Shown piece by piece: positions 1 through 12,030 of a stretch of 64,000 bases of DNA. The translations under genes and the position numbers were made by a program. Below the pieces are notes generated by a model. That model did not search any database and was not told the origin of the DNA. It was given only the letters and a program-made list of their open reading frames with translations. Origin of the DNA: Heptranchias perlo (Eukaryota); contig NC_090333.1 of NCBI RefSeq assembly GCF_035084215.1, positions 78,678,001-78,742,000 on the forward strand. The letters are read 5' to 3'. Position 1 is the stretch's first letter. Every line of letters starts with the position of its first letter.

Positions 1-289
1 ATACTGTACATCGCATTTACATGGCTTTAGTTCTGACACCTCCATTCAAGTTGATGTAAACCCTTAGCCACAGAAAATATAATTGATTTCAGTGATGTAG
101 CCGTTATACACGATATTAAATGTGTACCGAAAAGACAGCATTGATGTACCATGTTATTGATTTGTTTTCTGGTCTAACCGACAGTTACGCATTCTGTCTT
201 TCTCCCTATCGAGACAAAAGAGCTCTTTGAAGCATATGACTATCCAAATCTAATTGCTAGATTGCATTGGTCCATCTATTTGGGGGGCG

Positions 290-950
290 GGGGGAAGAGG
301 GGGGAAACAAACCTGAAATTTCTTCTTGCTTGAAGTGAGGGTGGGTGGAGGGGGGAGGTCAGAGGAGGTTGTATGTGGTGGAGAGGAGTTGAGATTGTCT
401 TTGCCCTACAATATGATCCTGGAATAGTAGGAGATTTTGACTGCAAAGAGGATATTGATTGAGGTAATGGAGACAGTTCTGATATTGGGCAACCAAACTG
501 GTCATGAGCTATGTGTGCTTCGTTATGCGGCCCTCCAATTTGAAGTCTTGAAGATGGCTGTTCTGCCACTGTAAGGGTGGGAAACGATCTGACTGGGATG
601 AGGGCATTGAAGGTAGAGGTGAGGCAGTTGATCAGGTCAGTGGAAACACTGATTTCATAACTGGTGGTGAATCAGGTGAAGACAGTCAGCGGCTCGGGTG
701 CTTGGGGTCAGCCTCTTTTTCTCCCCGGGACACAAAATAAATATAGAAAGGTTAAAGGCAGGTGATGAGGAAGTTGTCGGAAATGACCTTGCACGTTATC
801 AAAACCTTGGAGATGCAGAAGCCTCAAGATTTACTGTGTGGCCTTTGAGGTGGCCTGGAGAGTTTGTGCTGAGTGAAGTTGGCTGAGGACAGGAGTGCAG
901 AGAAGTCGGGGGCGAGAGGGCAAACTGAGTTTAGCCAATTTCATTGTCTC
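290..950 (-). mobile_element. Highly decayed L2-like LINE ORF2 fragment
   Basis: The minus strand is pyrimidine-rich and translates to L2-like endonuclease/linker text (e.g. STDLINCLTSTFNALIPSQIVS). It has many stops and approximate boundaries. Confidence 0.4.
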
Positions 951-1689
951 CCAGACTGGTTTATGGGTTGGTTAATAATACTAATGGTTGTTTCAGACTT
1001 GTTTGTGTATATGTCTTGGACTTGGACTTTAAGGATTTGATCTATTTCCTGGCTTAAACTGTAACTGTATAGATGTCCAGTAAAAATTTTGTATTTGCTG
1101 TGTGTTTGTAAGTATGTATTTAGATGATATGTCCTTATATTCACCTTGTTTATGATTCATTAGATTAATGTTTATATAATGTAGATACTAAAGTTATAAA
1201 ATCTGTCAAATTATGTACATTAATAATTACATTATAGATAATGGGAAAAATTATGGCACCATTACAGAGTAAATTGAAATCATAAGTTAATATCTTAATG
1301 CTAATTTAGAATGTAAAATGTTCAAATTTTTCATAAATTATTCCTGATTTTGCTTGTTCCAATGTGTAAATGTTAACATAAAGAGCGAGCAGATATTTAG
1401 TGTTTGCAGTGATGCTTCCATTGTAGCAGCTTGGGGTTCAGTTATACTACAGCTATTAGTCTAAGACCAGTATTTACAGAGGGTGATGCTGAGCTGAGTT
1501 CAACAATAGAAGAACTCATGTGCTTGGATGTGTGCACGTGTAGAAAGGCTTGCCAATCGCAGCACCAGGCATTCCTTAGAATGTGTGCTTGGATGTGCGC
1601 ACGAATACTTGGATGTGTGTACAGAGCTGCGTCTTCCAGACAGATAATTCTTAATCAGGTGGGATTGTCCACTTACTCCTAATGTTAAA

Positions 1690-2290
1690 GATTGAAAACT
1701 ATGAAGCCCCTAGATGACTTCACGTTGGGCTGGAGTTATTCTGCATTTGGTACTAACTCCAGGTGACGGAGCATTCCATTGGTTGTGGGGCTGCTTAGCC
1801 TGCTGTTTTTGGCGTTCATCATGCGGGTTGCTCTGTCCAAATTGGCACCTCATTCTAAAGTATGCCTGGAGCTGCACTTGGCAAGCCTTTCTACCCACCG
1901 CATTGGGCCAGGATTGGTCTCTTGGCTTGATGGTGATCAAGGAATGAGGGGTGTGCTGGCCTGTGAGCTTGTGGTGTTATAAAATTCTGCTACTGATGGT
2001 CAACAGTGCCTCATGGATGCCTAGTTTTAGGATGCAAGACCTGTACTGTAGTCTATCCCACTTAGTATGATTGAGGTTGTCCCCAGGGTGGAGACAAGAC
2101 TTTGCTTTCACAAGAACTATGCAGTGGTCATTTTTATTAATGCTGTTGTGGACATACATGTCTGCAACAGGTAGGTTGGTGAGGACAAGGTCAAATAAGT
2201 TACTTCCTAGTTTTGGTTCCCTTACCAACTGATACAGATCTAGTCTGGTCCTGCCACTACTGTTGAAGCCCAAGTCCACATTCTATCATT
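1690..2290 (-). mobile_element. Decayed fragment of the family-B LINE (same family as 56935-60020), endonuclease C-terminus/linker
   Basis: ORFs 1977-2279 (EPKLGSNLFDLVLTNLPVAD) and 1710-1940 (KPRDQSWPN..RKACQ) match the peptides EPTRGKNLLDLVLTNLPVAN and KPGDQPWFNEECRRACQ in the copy at 58516-59271. Confidence 0.85.
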
Positions 2291-2334
2291 TCTCTACTCA
2301 GTTTCTTCAACACCATCTTGTGCTAGGTCTGTTC

Positions 2335-2715
2335 ACCTAGCGCCCGCATTCTCACTGACTGTGTAATGATTTTCAAAATCTCCTTGTCTTCAAACTCCTC
2401 CATGACCTTGTGACACACCACCTCTGCAGGCCTCTGGCTGTGCATCCCATCTTGCACCCTTCACTCATCTGCGTGTCCCCTCCTCTCTCCCACTCCATCA
2501 CCACGGTGTCAGAGCCTTAAGCTGCCATGTTCCCTGCAACCTGAAATCTCTTGCTTACACCTATCTGTCTAGCTACATCTCTGTACTCTTTCAAATGCCT
2601 CCTGAAAACCAACCTCTTTGATCATGTTTGCAGTCACTTTTCCTGACTCATTGCCCTAATACCTGGTTAGTATCCACTGCCCCTTCCATACTTTTAAAGT
2701 TTCTATATAAGTTTT
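2335..2715 (+). mobile_element. Decayed L2-type 3' end
   Basis: Contains 'ttcaaaatctccttgtcttcaaactcctccatgaccttg...cctcctgaaaaccaacctctttgatc', similar to better copies at 11215-11530 and 25745-26085. Confidence 0.6.
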
Positions 2716-3221
2716 TTTTTGTTGTATAATGTCCTGTATTCAGTGTATAATTTCACAGAACATTGCTCACTTAATTAATAAAAACAGGAAAAGCCAAAAG
2801 CAGCAGTTCCTGAGTATGTTGATAATCCATCAGCAACGACAACTCCTGTCATTGTACTGCTCAGCTGTGCAGAACTGTGGCAGGGATAATTTAATTTAGC
2901 CTACAAATTTCCATGCAATATTACTAAATTGATGTATAAAAAAATAAGTTTGCCATATCATCATAAGATAATAATGAAGGCTTACAATTTGAACAAAATT
3001 ATTCAGGAATTTGCATTATGAAGAACATCATTTGATTGGCCATGTGCTGCAAAGCTCCAAGGGGCAAAGGGTTCAACCATCATTAACCACAAGTGTGTTA
3101 CAGCATTGAGCACTTAGCTATCAATTTTTCCAGTTTGGGTTTCTGTTGGTTTTCATTTTCTGCTACAAACCTCTTGCTGCCACTAATTTTTTTTTTCTCC
3201 TGCTCCTTTTATTACGTTAAG

Positions 3222-3257
3222 ACTGCTTTCTTGAATGGGAGTGAGGGGAGAACAGAG
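3222..3257 (+). CDS. Candidate 36-nt exon of an unidentified host gene (phase 0 TAFLNGSEGRTE; phase 2 x-LLS*; phase 1 x-CFLEWE*)
   Basis: Branch-like CACTAAT at 3181, a long T/C tract, acceptor AAG at 3219-3221 and a strong donor GAG|gtatgt at 3258. It lies in unique sequence. The reading phase cannot be fixed from this window. Confidence 0.6.
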
Positions 3258-3392
3258 GTATGTCCGTTTTGTTTCTTTTCTGACTACCATGTTATAAAAG
3301 GTGGCACAGTTTTGTAATCATTTATCCCATTTATATCTGAGCTGCAAACTTACATTTGTTGTAATTCACTAATATAATTTTTATTTTATCAG

Positions 3393-3525
3393 GCTAATGG
3401 TCATGACTCCTCTGACCTTGCTTTCTCCCAAACCCAAGTATACTGTCCGACAAGCTGTTCCCCCTCCCTGCGTTGTCACTGTGCTGAAATCCAAACTCAA
3501 AAGCATAGTTTCCCACTCTAACTGA
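3393..3525 (+). CDS. Candidate alternative exon (phase 2 x-LMVMTPLTLLSPKPKYTVRQAVPPPCVVTVLKSKLKSIVSHSN*; or a 45-nt phase 0 ANGHDSSDLAFSQTQ to a weak donor at 3438)
   Basis: CACTAAT at about 3367, then tttttattttatcAG acceptor, 135 nt after the donor at 3258. The 3' boundary is uncertain. Confidence 0.35.
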
Positions 3526-4239
3526 TTGGAACTTCTCACCTTTCTCAGTCATCCGTTCCTCTTATAATCTGTAGGCTTTTTAAACCAAATATTGATGTCA
3601 CTTACTACTACTTGAATTACCTCATCTTCTCTCGAATTGTTTTTAGCATTTTTGGTGCTCTGCATTTATGGGCCTTTGTACCTCACCTATCATTCTTATT
3701 ATTTTCTTAAAAAAAGGCAATCAGGAGTTAATTTACTTTGGTCAGATTTTGCAGCCAAATAGGCTGCTTCCTCCACATGACTTTCTTTGAGGCTGTAAAG
3801 ATGGAGATTCAGATCAGGTATAAACTTCCTGTAAATTTAACTTGAAGTTCAACAGTCACTGCATCTACATGTGCCTCTAACTGATTTGGGCAGCTCTCCG
3901 TATGAACTGGGGTGGAATGGTGCAGACGGATAATTGGATTATGTTTGAGTATCATCCTAACTCCTAACTGCATCCTGTCTCATAGGCCATGATATAAGTA
4001 GGATGCTGAGAGAGGTCCTGTGGGTGCATTGCAGGGAGGTGCAAGTCTGTCCTCAATCTATGGGGTTTCACATGCAATTACTATAGAAGAATTGGGGAGT
4101 GAAATTACCATACCATCATGGTCCTAAATTGAGAAGTTAGTTTTTCCTGGAACACGGTTACAGTACTGTACACCTCACTAATTTTTGAAAAAAATCATTG
4201 CCATTGTTTTATTTTGACAATGCATAGATTTCTTTTTTA

Positions 4240-4700
4240 TTATTATTCATTCTCTGGATGTGGGCATTGCTGGCAAGGCCGGCATTTATTCCCCATCCCT
4301 AGTTGCCCTTGAGATGGTGGTGGTGGGACGCCTTCTTGAACAGCTACAATCCGTCTGGTGAAGGTCCTCCCACAGTGCTGTTGGGTGGGAAGTTAAGGAT
4401 TTTGACTCGATGACAATGAAGGAATAGTGATATATGTCCAAGTCAGGATGGTGTGTGACTTAGCGGGAAATTTGGAGGTGATGGCGTTCCCATGCACCTG
4501 CTGCCCGAAGAAGCCATGGCAAGTTGCTGCAACGCATCCTGTAGATAGTACACACTACAGCCTCAGTATGCGGATGGTGGAGGGAATGGATGTTCAGGGT
4601 GGTGGATGGGCTACTGATCAAGCGGACTGCTTTGTTCTGGATGGTGTTGAGCTTCTTGAGTGTTGTTGGAGCTATACCTATCCAGGGAAGCGGAGAGTAA
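4240..4700 (-). mobile_element. Family-B LINE 3' fragment with internal deletion
   Basis: Begins with the family tail 'ttcattctctggatgtgggcattgctggcaaggccggcatttatt..ccatccctagttgcccttgag', as at 20825, 35995 and 56940. Confidence 0.9.
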
Positions 4701-5145
4701 AGAAAGAACTTATGTTTATATAGCGTCTTTCATGACCAAAGCGCTTTACAGTTAATGAAATATTTTTGAAGTGTAGTTACTGTTGCAATGTAGAAAATGC
4801 GTCAGCCAATTTACCCCCACAGCAAGCTCCTAAAAACAGGAATGAAATAAATGACCAGATAATCTGTTTTTAGGTGTTGGTTGAGTGGATAAATATTGGC
4901 CAGGACACCAGGTAGAACTCCCCCGCTCTTCTTTGAAATAGTGCCATGTGATCTTTTACATCTCCTGAGGGGGCAGATGGGGCCTCGGTTTAACGTCTCA
5001 TCTGAAAGACGGCAACCCCGACAATGCCGCACTCCCTCAATGCTGCACTGGAGTGTCAGTCTCGATCTTGTGCTCAAGTCTCTGGAGCGGGACTTAACCC
5101 ACAACCGTCTGACTCAGATGCGAGAGTGCCAACGACTGAGTCACA
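4701..5145 (-). mobile_element. Full-length tRNA-derived Deu-domain SINE (SacSINE1/AmnSINE1-like) with L2-type tail
   Basis: The minus strand reads tRNA-like head (gactcagtcgttggcactctcgcatctgagtcagacggttgtgggttaagtcc), Deu-like core (tttcagatgagacgttaaaccgaggcccc..aaaagatcacatggcactatttcaaagaagagc..ggtgtcctggccaat) and tail gctatataaacataagttctttcttt. The family name is from memory. Confidence 0.85.
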
Positions 5146-6119
5146 TCTGAATTTCATCACACTCGTGACTTGTGCCTTGATGGAAATATATTTTCAAAAA
5201 CACTTCCCTTCACTTGAGACTGAGTGTACGGCTAAATGGAAAATGTGAAATCGATCTTCCTGAAGGTTTGTATGTATGGGCTCCATCGAAACCTTATTGA
5301 AAAAAGTACTGGCAGTCTTGAGCCAGCCAGTGGCATACCTGTGGAGCAGGTGGAGGCTGACTTTACAGGGCGAATTCCAAAAGAGTTAATCATTGTTTGT
5401 ATTTTTTCTGTTGTATATGCAGCAAAGTAGCAAAATGTTTCAGAATTACAGCAGTCTTTTTTTTTCTCTCTAACAAGTTAAATGGGAAATATCACGCCTG
5501 GCCCACATGTCCAATATTAGTACATAGATGAAACCACACTTCAGCAACCACTGTTGTGCAGCTTCGGGACTGATGAGTTACATTATGCTATCTTTAAAAA
5601 GTACAGAAAATGTCAATCGAGTGCTCTCCCAATTAGTGGTGTTCTATGGGTGTGATTTGGAAAATTTGCCACCTACGCAGTTTTCTGATGTGAATTGTCG
5701 TGTCAAAGCAGTCAACAAACCAATCTTTAATAAAAGGGGTAGCCATGGAGGGACATCTCTCCTTCGTTGGCCCTGGGGCAGGAGCGTCTAATTCCTGAGG
5801 ATGGGGGCCTGTTTTTTCTCACAGGACTCTTGTTGACTTTCCAACAGTTGGGTAGACTGGAGCCTGCTTAAATTGAGTCTCTTGCTCAAGAAGTTACATA
5901 TATAGGGACTTCTTGATGGTTAGAGGTCTCCCTGGTTAAATCTCTAACACCTAACCACTGGGCTATCTAATGGTTGGAAGTCATGATTTCTCTTTTCTGA
6001 AACAGCATCCAGTGGTCCACTGTATCCTCTGATGCTTGAAGATTCATTTTAGTCCCTTTTATTTCACAGTGATACCACCATTGGCAGCTCCAATTGTGGC
6101 AACAGTTTTTGGCCTCCTT

Positions 6120-6315
6120 GAAACTCTCTACCTTCACCACTGAATCTGTTCTGCTTTCTAGCCACTGTCTTGGGCTGAATCAGACTGTTGGCAACCTTGG
6201 AATTCTATTTGACCCTGGGCTGAGCTTCCGACCCCATATTCTCTCCATCACAAAGACCGTCTACTTCCACCTTGTGACATCACTTCCGCCCCTACCTCAG
6301 CCCACAATTCCATAA
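6120..6315 (+). mobile_element. L2 ORF2 fragment
   Basis: Translates to LNQTVGNLGILFDPGLSFRPHILSITKTVYFHL, a typical L2 post-RT motif. Confidence 0.8.
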
Positions 6316-6689
6316 TTCAAAAAAAATACTAATAGTCAGATTGTTGATGGTATTAAATAAACTGGATTTAATTTGTGAATTTCTGTTTCTTGTCATGAGC
6401 AGTAACCTCCCCCTCTTCTCTTTCTACCCCACCACCCCCTTTTGACTATGCAGCCACAGTCAGTGATCAGGGTATTTCTTACAAATTTGGAAAGAAACAG
6501 TTCCCATGGACACACCATGCAAGCCATGACCTCAGGTCATAGTAGTTTTTACTTCTTCAATTATCGGGGTCCATGTACAAGTTATGACAGTGGGTCAATA
6601 TTCGTGCTGTTGGGGATTAGCTGTTTTAATTCAAGGATGACTTCCATACAGAAATATTTAAATGCTGAGGTGCTACAATGGGGTGCTGT

Positions 6690-6945
6690 GCCCTTGGTTT
6701 GGATGAGGGGAAAATATCAGCAATGCTTGTCACCCGATGCAGTCCAATGATCCCTGCTGGAACAAATGCATGTGTGGACTTCAGGTCAGAATATGTTGGG
6801 GCTGTGATGCCCTATGACTGAATAGCCTTCTGACGCTCACTGTCTAAGCTCACTTGTGAAGAATGGCCACTGGGTGCCTTGGAACTGTACTCTAGAAAGG
6901 ATCGGCGTCTTTAGGAGAGAAGGAGAGAAAATTAGGGAGCGGAGA
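6690..6945 (+). mobile_element. 3' part of an old SINE (family C, AmnSINE2-like)
   Basis: 'ctgtgatgccct..gaatagcc..gacgctcactgtctaagctcac..gaagaatggccact..ggagagaaggagagaaaatt' is shared with copies at 24060, 28735 and 37310. Confidence 0.65.
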
Positions 6946-7903
6946 GGGAGGAAGTACAATATATAGTTATAGTGTACTGATGCAATATGTATATTGTTAG
7001 TTGGGAAGCAGCCAATTCTCAGTTTTGGTACTGGATCCCTGTGTAAGTTGCAGTATTACACTCTGAAATGCATAATGGTAGCTGGAGGTTAAGGTTAATA
7101 GGACACTGTCTTTCTTTAAAAGCAGCTGTTTATGTGGTTCGAGGTTGGCACGGGGTTCCTCTTCTCCTCTCTGCTCTAAGCAGCTCCTTCCTGTTTCTCC
7201 CAGCTCTGAGGTGCGGATAAAGCACGAATGACCTAGCTTCCAGGCGGGCTTACGCTTACTGCATGACCTTTTTTTGGTCTATTTATCAGATATGCTTCAA
7301 TTCCTTCACTTGGGGCGCTGTATATATTGGGCAAAATATCAATTTTAGCTGCAATTCATACTCTAATCTTACATGCCCGCCCCCTTTACATTACGGAGCT
7401 GTGTCCAGCAGAAGCAGTTTTATAATCTCCTAGATGATGTGCGATCCAGAATCCACCCTATTTATATTCCAGAGCAATTCCACCGCACTGGTGAGAACAA
7501 ACACCTCTGAATGCAATCCTTTATTAACGGTAAGGCCATGAGACCTTCCCCATTGACTGGGGAAGATCAGCACAGGTTCGTAACGGGAGAATGGCATTGC
7601 TAGCCTGAATGGGAAGGTCTGAACACTCAAACCTGCCAATAGACAGGAAAAATGGCATTGCCCATTGCCAGTTTGCATTTGCCACATGTGGCATCAATGT
7701 TGCCAGAGAAGCTTGGGGGAAAACCACATCCTTTTTAGTTAGTGTTTCAGTCATCTGGAAGCAGTGACACTGCTTGGTGAATGGTCGAAAAATGTGTCCC
7801 TGTTTGCCGTCTACTAAAGTTTGAGTTTATATTTTTAACACTTCCTGCTTTGGCTTACTTTTCTTGGCAGGTTATTTTTATATCTATCTATTTGTTTCTA
7901 CAG

Positions 7904-8014
7904 TCTCCTTTTCTAAATGGACCACAGGCTTTTCTCTCATTTTGTTTAGCCTCTCCCAGAAGATTGTGTGACTGAGTGGGGAGGGGGAACTAAAAGGACA
8001 GTGTTCTAAGAAAA
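7904..8014 (+). CDS. Candidate stop-containing exon resembling the 3222 exon (phase 0 SPFLNGPQAFLSFCLASPRRLCD*; phase 2 x-LLF*)
   Basis: Acceptor tttgtttctacAG at 7902-7903, an alternative acceptor at 7869-7870 and a possible donor AAA|gtgagg at 8015. The first 24 nt align with 3222-3245. Confidence 0.4.
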
Positions 8015-8734
8015 GTGAGGACAGAAGGAATTGGGCGTCAACTAACGAAAGGATTGGCACAAATATTTAGTAGCTTGCTTTAATTAGCAGTGAATGATTA
8101 AAACCTGTGTTTACAACAAAAGATTAAATTAGAGGATCTTACACTTGCATCTCAGGGGGTTGTGTTTGAATCTAGCCAGAAGAGATGGGTTCCAAATGCC
8201 CTCTAGGTACTCAAAGGATCCTAAATTAAATTAGTCTGAGCATCTCAAGCCAGTTTCCCCTACGTGAATTCATAACACTTACAGCTGTGATTTCTCAATA
8301 GCCCACTGGAGTGCAAGTTTGTAGCAAGCACATCACTAATGCACACAAAATCAAATTGTTATTATGTGGTATTTACTATAGATTTTGAGATTAGAAAATA
8401 TGTTTGGCAGGGTACCCAGTTTATTTCATGAGGGAGAAGGTTCTAATAATTTACAAATAGAGTTAAACATATTTTGTTTATACAGTGAATGAGAAGAATA
8501 ATTTGAGTCTTAGTGATTTTTGTTTTTAGTTCCTCTCCTGGCCTCTCACAGAAACTGCATGATCACTGGGCAGGAGGACACATTGGGAATTCTTTTCTCC
8601 AGGCATCTGCCAGTGGTGCGCCCGAGCTGGTGCATGTATAAGAACAAGCTGAGATAAATACCCTTTAATATATCTCTCCTTTTCCATGTGGAAACCTCTG
8701 GCCTCCACTTGTCCCCATCTAACACGGCATGGTC

Positions 8735-9047
8735 GAAGTCAGGAGCTTGCCATAGGGTGAGTTACTAAGATTAGGAGTATCTCGTACAGTAAATAGCCTC
8801 GATCAAGAATTCACCATGTTGCAAATTGCCAAGATCAGGGCCAGTCATGTGATGAGTTGCTGAGTTCAAGAGCTGTGCTGAGATCAGCTCCATCGGGTGG
8901 CAAATCACTGAGATTAGGACCCTGTTATGCCAAGAATCATCGGAAGCTTGAGTGTTGAATTACTGAGATCAGGAGCCTGGCATGCAGGGAATTGCTGAGT
9001 TCAGGAACTCGACTGAGATTAAGAGCTCAGTGTCTGGGAAATTCTAA
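8735..9047 (+). repeat. Degenerate ~31-bp minisatellite (about 10 units)
   Basis: Recurring core g/a-a-a/g-ttgctgagatcaggagc (e.g. gagttactaagattaggag, aaattgccaagatcaggg, gaattactgagatcaggagc, gaattgctgagttcaggaac). Confidence 0.7.
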
Positions 9048-9065
9048 GTGCGAACCTATGTCCCC

Positions 9066-10670
9066 GTGGGTAAACTAATGGGTCTAAAGGTTGACAAGTC
9101 CCCTGGACCTGATGGCTTGCATCCGAGGGTCTTAAAGGAAGTGGCTACAGAGATAGTGCATGCATTGGTTGTAATCTTCCAGAATTCACTAGATTCTGGA
9201 AAGGTCCCAGCGGATTGGAAAACCGCAAACGTAACACCCCTATTCAAGAAGGGAGTAAGACAGAAAGCAGGTAACTCTAGACCAGTTGTCCTAACATCTG
9301 TCATTGGGAAAATGCTAGAATCCATTATTAAGGACGTAGTAGCAGGACATTTGGAGACTCATAATACAATCAAGGAGAGTCAACATGGTTTTATGAAGGG
9401 GAAATCATGTCTGACAAATTTATTAGAGTTCTTTGAGGAAGTAACGGTCATGGTGAATATAGGGGAACCAATGGATGCAGTATATTTGGACTTCCAAAAG
9501 GCATTCGATAAGGTGCCACATAAAAGATTACTGCACAAGATAAGAGCTCATGGTGTTGGAGGTAATATATTGGCTTGGATAGAGGATTGGCTAACTAACA
9601 GAAAACAAAGGATCAGGATAAAAGGGTCATTTTCAAAATGGCAATCTGTAACTAGTGGGGTGCCGCAGGGCTCAGTGCTGGGGCCTCAACTATTTACAAT
9701 ATATATCAATGACTTGGATGAAGGAACAGAGTGTCTTGTGGCCAAATTTGCTGATGATCCAAAGATAGGTGGAAAAGCAAGTTGTGATGAGGACACAGTG
9801 ACTGCAAGGGGATATTGACAGGTTCAGCGAATGGGCAAAAATTTGGCAGATGGAATATAATGTGGGAAAATGTGAAGTCATCCACTTTGGGAGGAAAAAT
9901 AAAAAAGCAAAATATTATTTGAATGGAGAAATACTACAAAATGCTGCGGCACAGAGGGATCTGGGTGTCCTCGTACATGAAACACAAAAAGTCAACATAC
10001 AGGTGCAGCAGGTAATCCGGAAGGCAAACGGAATATTGGCCTTTATTTATAGGGGGTTGGAGTATAAAAGCAGGGAAGTCATGCTACAGCTGTACAGGAT
10101 GCTGGAGTACTACATACAGTTCTGGTGCCCTTATTTAAGGAAGGACATACTTGCATTGGAGGCAGTTTAGAACAGGTTCACTAGGTTGATTCCAGGTATG
10201 GAAGGGTTGTCTTATGAGGAAAGATTGAACAGGTTGGGTCTATACTCATTGGAGTTTAGAAGAATGAGAGGAGATCTTATTGAAACATACAAGATTATGA
10301 GGGGACTTGATAGGGTAGATTCTGAGAGGATGTTACCCCTCATGGGGGGAATCTAAAACTAGGGGGCATAGTCTCAGAATAAGGAGCCGCCCGTTTAAGA
10401 TGGAAATGAGGAGGAATTTCTTCTCCCAGAGGGTCGTGATCGTTGGAATTCTTTACCCAAAAAAGCTGTGGAGGCTGAGTCATTGAATACATTCAAGGCT
10501 GAGTTAGACAAATTTTTGATCAGCAAGGGAGTCAAAGGATATGGGGAAAGGGCGGGAAAGTGGAGTTGAGGTAAAAATCAGATCAGCCATGATCTCATTG
10601 AATGGCGGAGCAGGCTCGAGGGGCCGAATGGCCTACTCCTGCTCCTATCTCTTATGGTCTATGGTCTTAT
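9066..10670 (+). mobile_element. 5'-truncated CR1 LINE (RT domain plus 3' UTR), frameshifted
   Basis: ORF 9048-9818 has [38 protein letters not shown] and KFADD. The C-terminus continues in 9850-10560, followed by the 3' hairpin gggccgaatggcct and tail cttatggtctatggtctt. Confidence 0.97.
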
Positions 10671-11214
10671 AATCATTGAGGTGCTGTGTATTTGAGTTCC
10701 CGTGCACTGTGCCATTATTGGGGAATTTATCATAAGAACGGTAGCAGTGATGTCATCTGAGTTTAACCTCTCCTCCCATGCTGAAATTGGTTTCAGTGGG
10801 ATGAAATTTCACTACATTGCCCCCCCCCCCCGCCCTCCCCACATACTGTTCTCACAACCGCTCATCAATATTTAGCCTCCATGAAAAAATTTAATTCCAG
10901 CTACAATGTCGTCATAGCATACGATTTACATTTGTATTGTGCTTGAGTGTGCTGGCATCCTTATCTGACTGGATTCATCAAAACAGCTGCTGTATAATTT
11001 TATTTTGCAACAGCTAATCGGTACTTGCTGTAACGTGTTAGTTGGGATGCAGCCAAATATTGTGTGATGTGTTTTGGTATAATAGCAGAGGACAGCTGAA
11101 ATGTAGGATTTAGTCGAACAAAGCATCGTTTTTGCCTCGTATCTGGAATCAATCTAGATTCTATCTTTTAAAGTCTGCTGCATGTTAACCATTAAAAGTA
11201 CAGCTTGTTTAGGT

Positions 11215-12030
11215 GGTTATCATCGCTGACTTACATTGGCTCCTGGTACTGCATTGCCTCAATTTAAAAATTCTCATCCTTGTTTTCAAATCCCTCCAAG
11301 GCCTTGCCCCTTCCTATCCCTGTTGCCTCTTCCAGCCCTACAATTCTCTGAGATCTTTGCGCTCTTGCACATCCCCAATTTTAATCGCTTCACCACTGGC
11401 GGCCATGGCTTCAGCTGCCTAAGCCCTAAGGTCTGGAATTCCTTCCCTAAACCTCTCCACCTCTCTTCCTTTTAAGACGCTCCTTAAAACCTACCTCTTT
11501 GACCCTGACCTAATATCGCCTTATGTGGCTCCGCCATTCAATGAGATCATAGCTGATCTGATTTTTACCTCAACTCCACTTTCCCGTCCTTTCCCCATAT
11601 CCTTTGACTCCCCTTGCTGATCAAAAATTTGTCTAACTCAGCCTTGAATGTATTCAATGACTCAGCCTCCACAGCTTTTTGGGATAAAGAATTCCAAAGA
11701 TCATGACCCTCTGGGAGAAGAAATTCCTCCTCATTTCCATCTTAAACGGGCGACCCCTTATTCTGAGACTACGCCCCCTAGTTTTAGATTCCCCCATGAG
11801 GGGTAACATCCTCTCAGCATCTATCCTATCAAGTCCCCAATAATGGCACAGTGCACTGGAATTCAAATACACAGCACCGCAACGATTATAAGACCATAGA
11901 CCAGAGACCATAAGAGATAGGAGCAGGAGTAGGCCATTCGGCCCCTCAAATTTTGTTTGATAGCGCTGCTGTGAAGCACCTTGGGACGTTTTACTACGTT
12001 AAAGGTGCTATATAAATGCAAGTTGTTGTT
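11215..12030 (+). mobile_element. L2-type 3' end interrupted by a templated insertion at 11528-11947
   Basis: Translates to ADLHWLLV..LKILILVFKSLQGLAPSY. The tail aaaggtgctatataaatgcaagttgttgtt resumes after the insert. The uninterrupted junction is seen in the copy at 26041-26085. Confidence 0.9.
11528..11947 (-). repeat. Inverted, circularly permuted copy of 10301-10724 (CR1 3' end plus unique flank)
   Basis: 11528-11838 is the reverse complement of 10301-10611 and 11834-11947 is the reverse complement of 10618-10724. The two parts overlap at TCCCC (GGGGA in the source). Confidence 0.93.

Noticed and set aside
7325-7720. Possible old MITE centred on cttccccattgactggggaag
   Set aside because: Only a short central hairpin is evident and the arms could not be aligned by eye.
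9048-9818. RT ORF as a retron, DGR or domesticated gene
   Set aside because: Motifs and 3' tail are ordinary CR1. The copy is 5'-truncated and frameshifted.
11008-11055. Possible pre-miRNA hairpin
   Set aside because: The stem is short and I recognise no miRNA family. It is better explained as a templated duplication.
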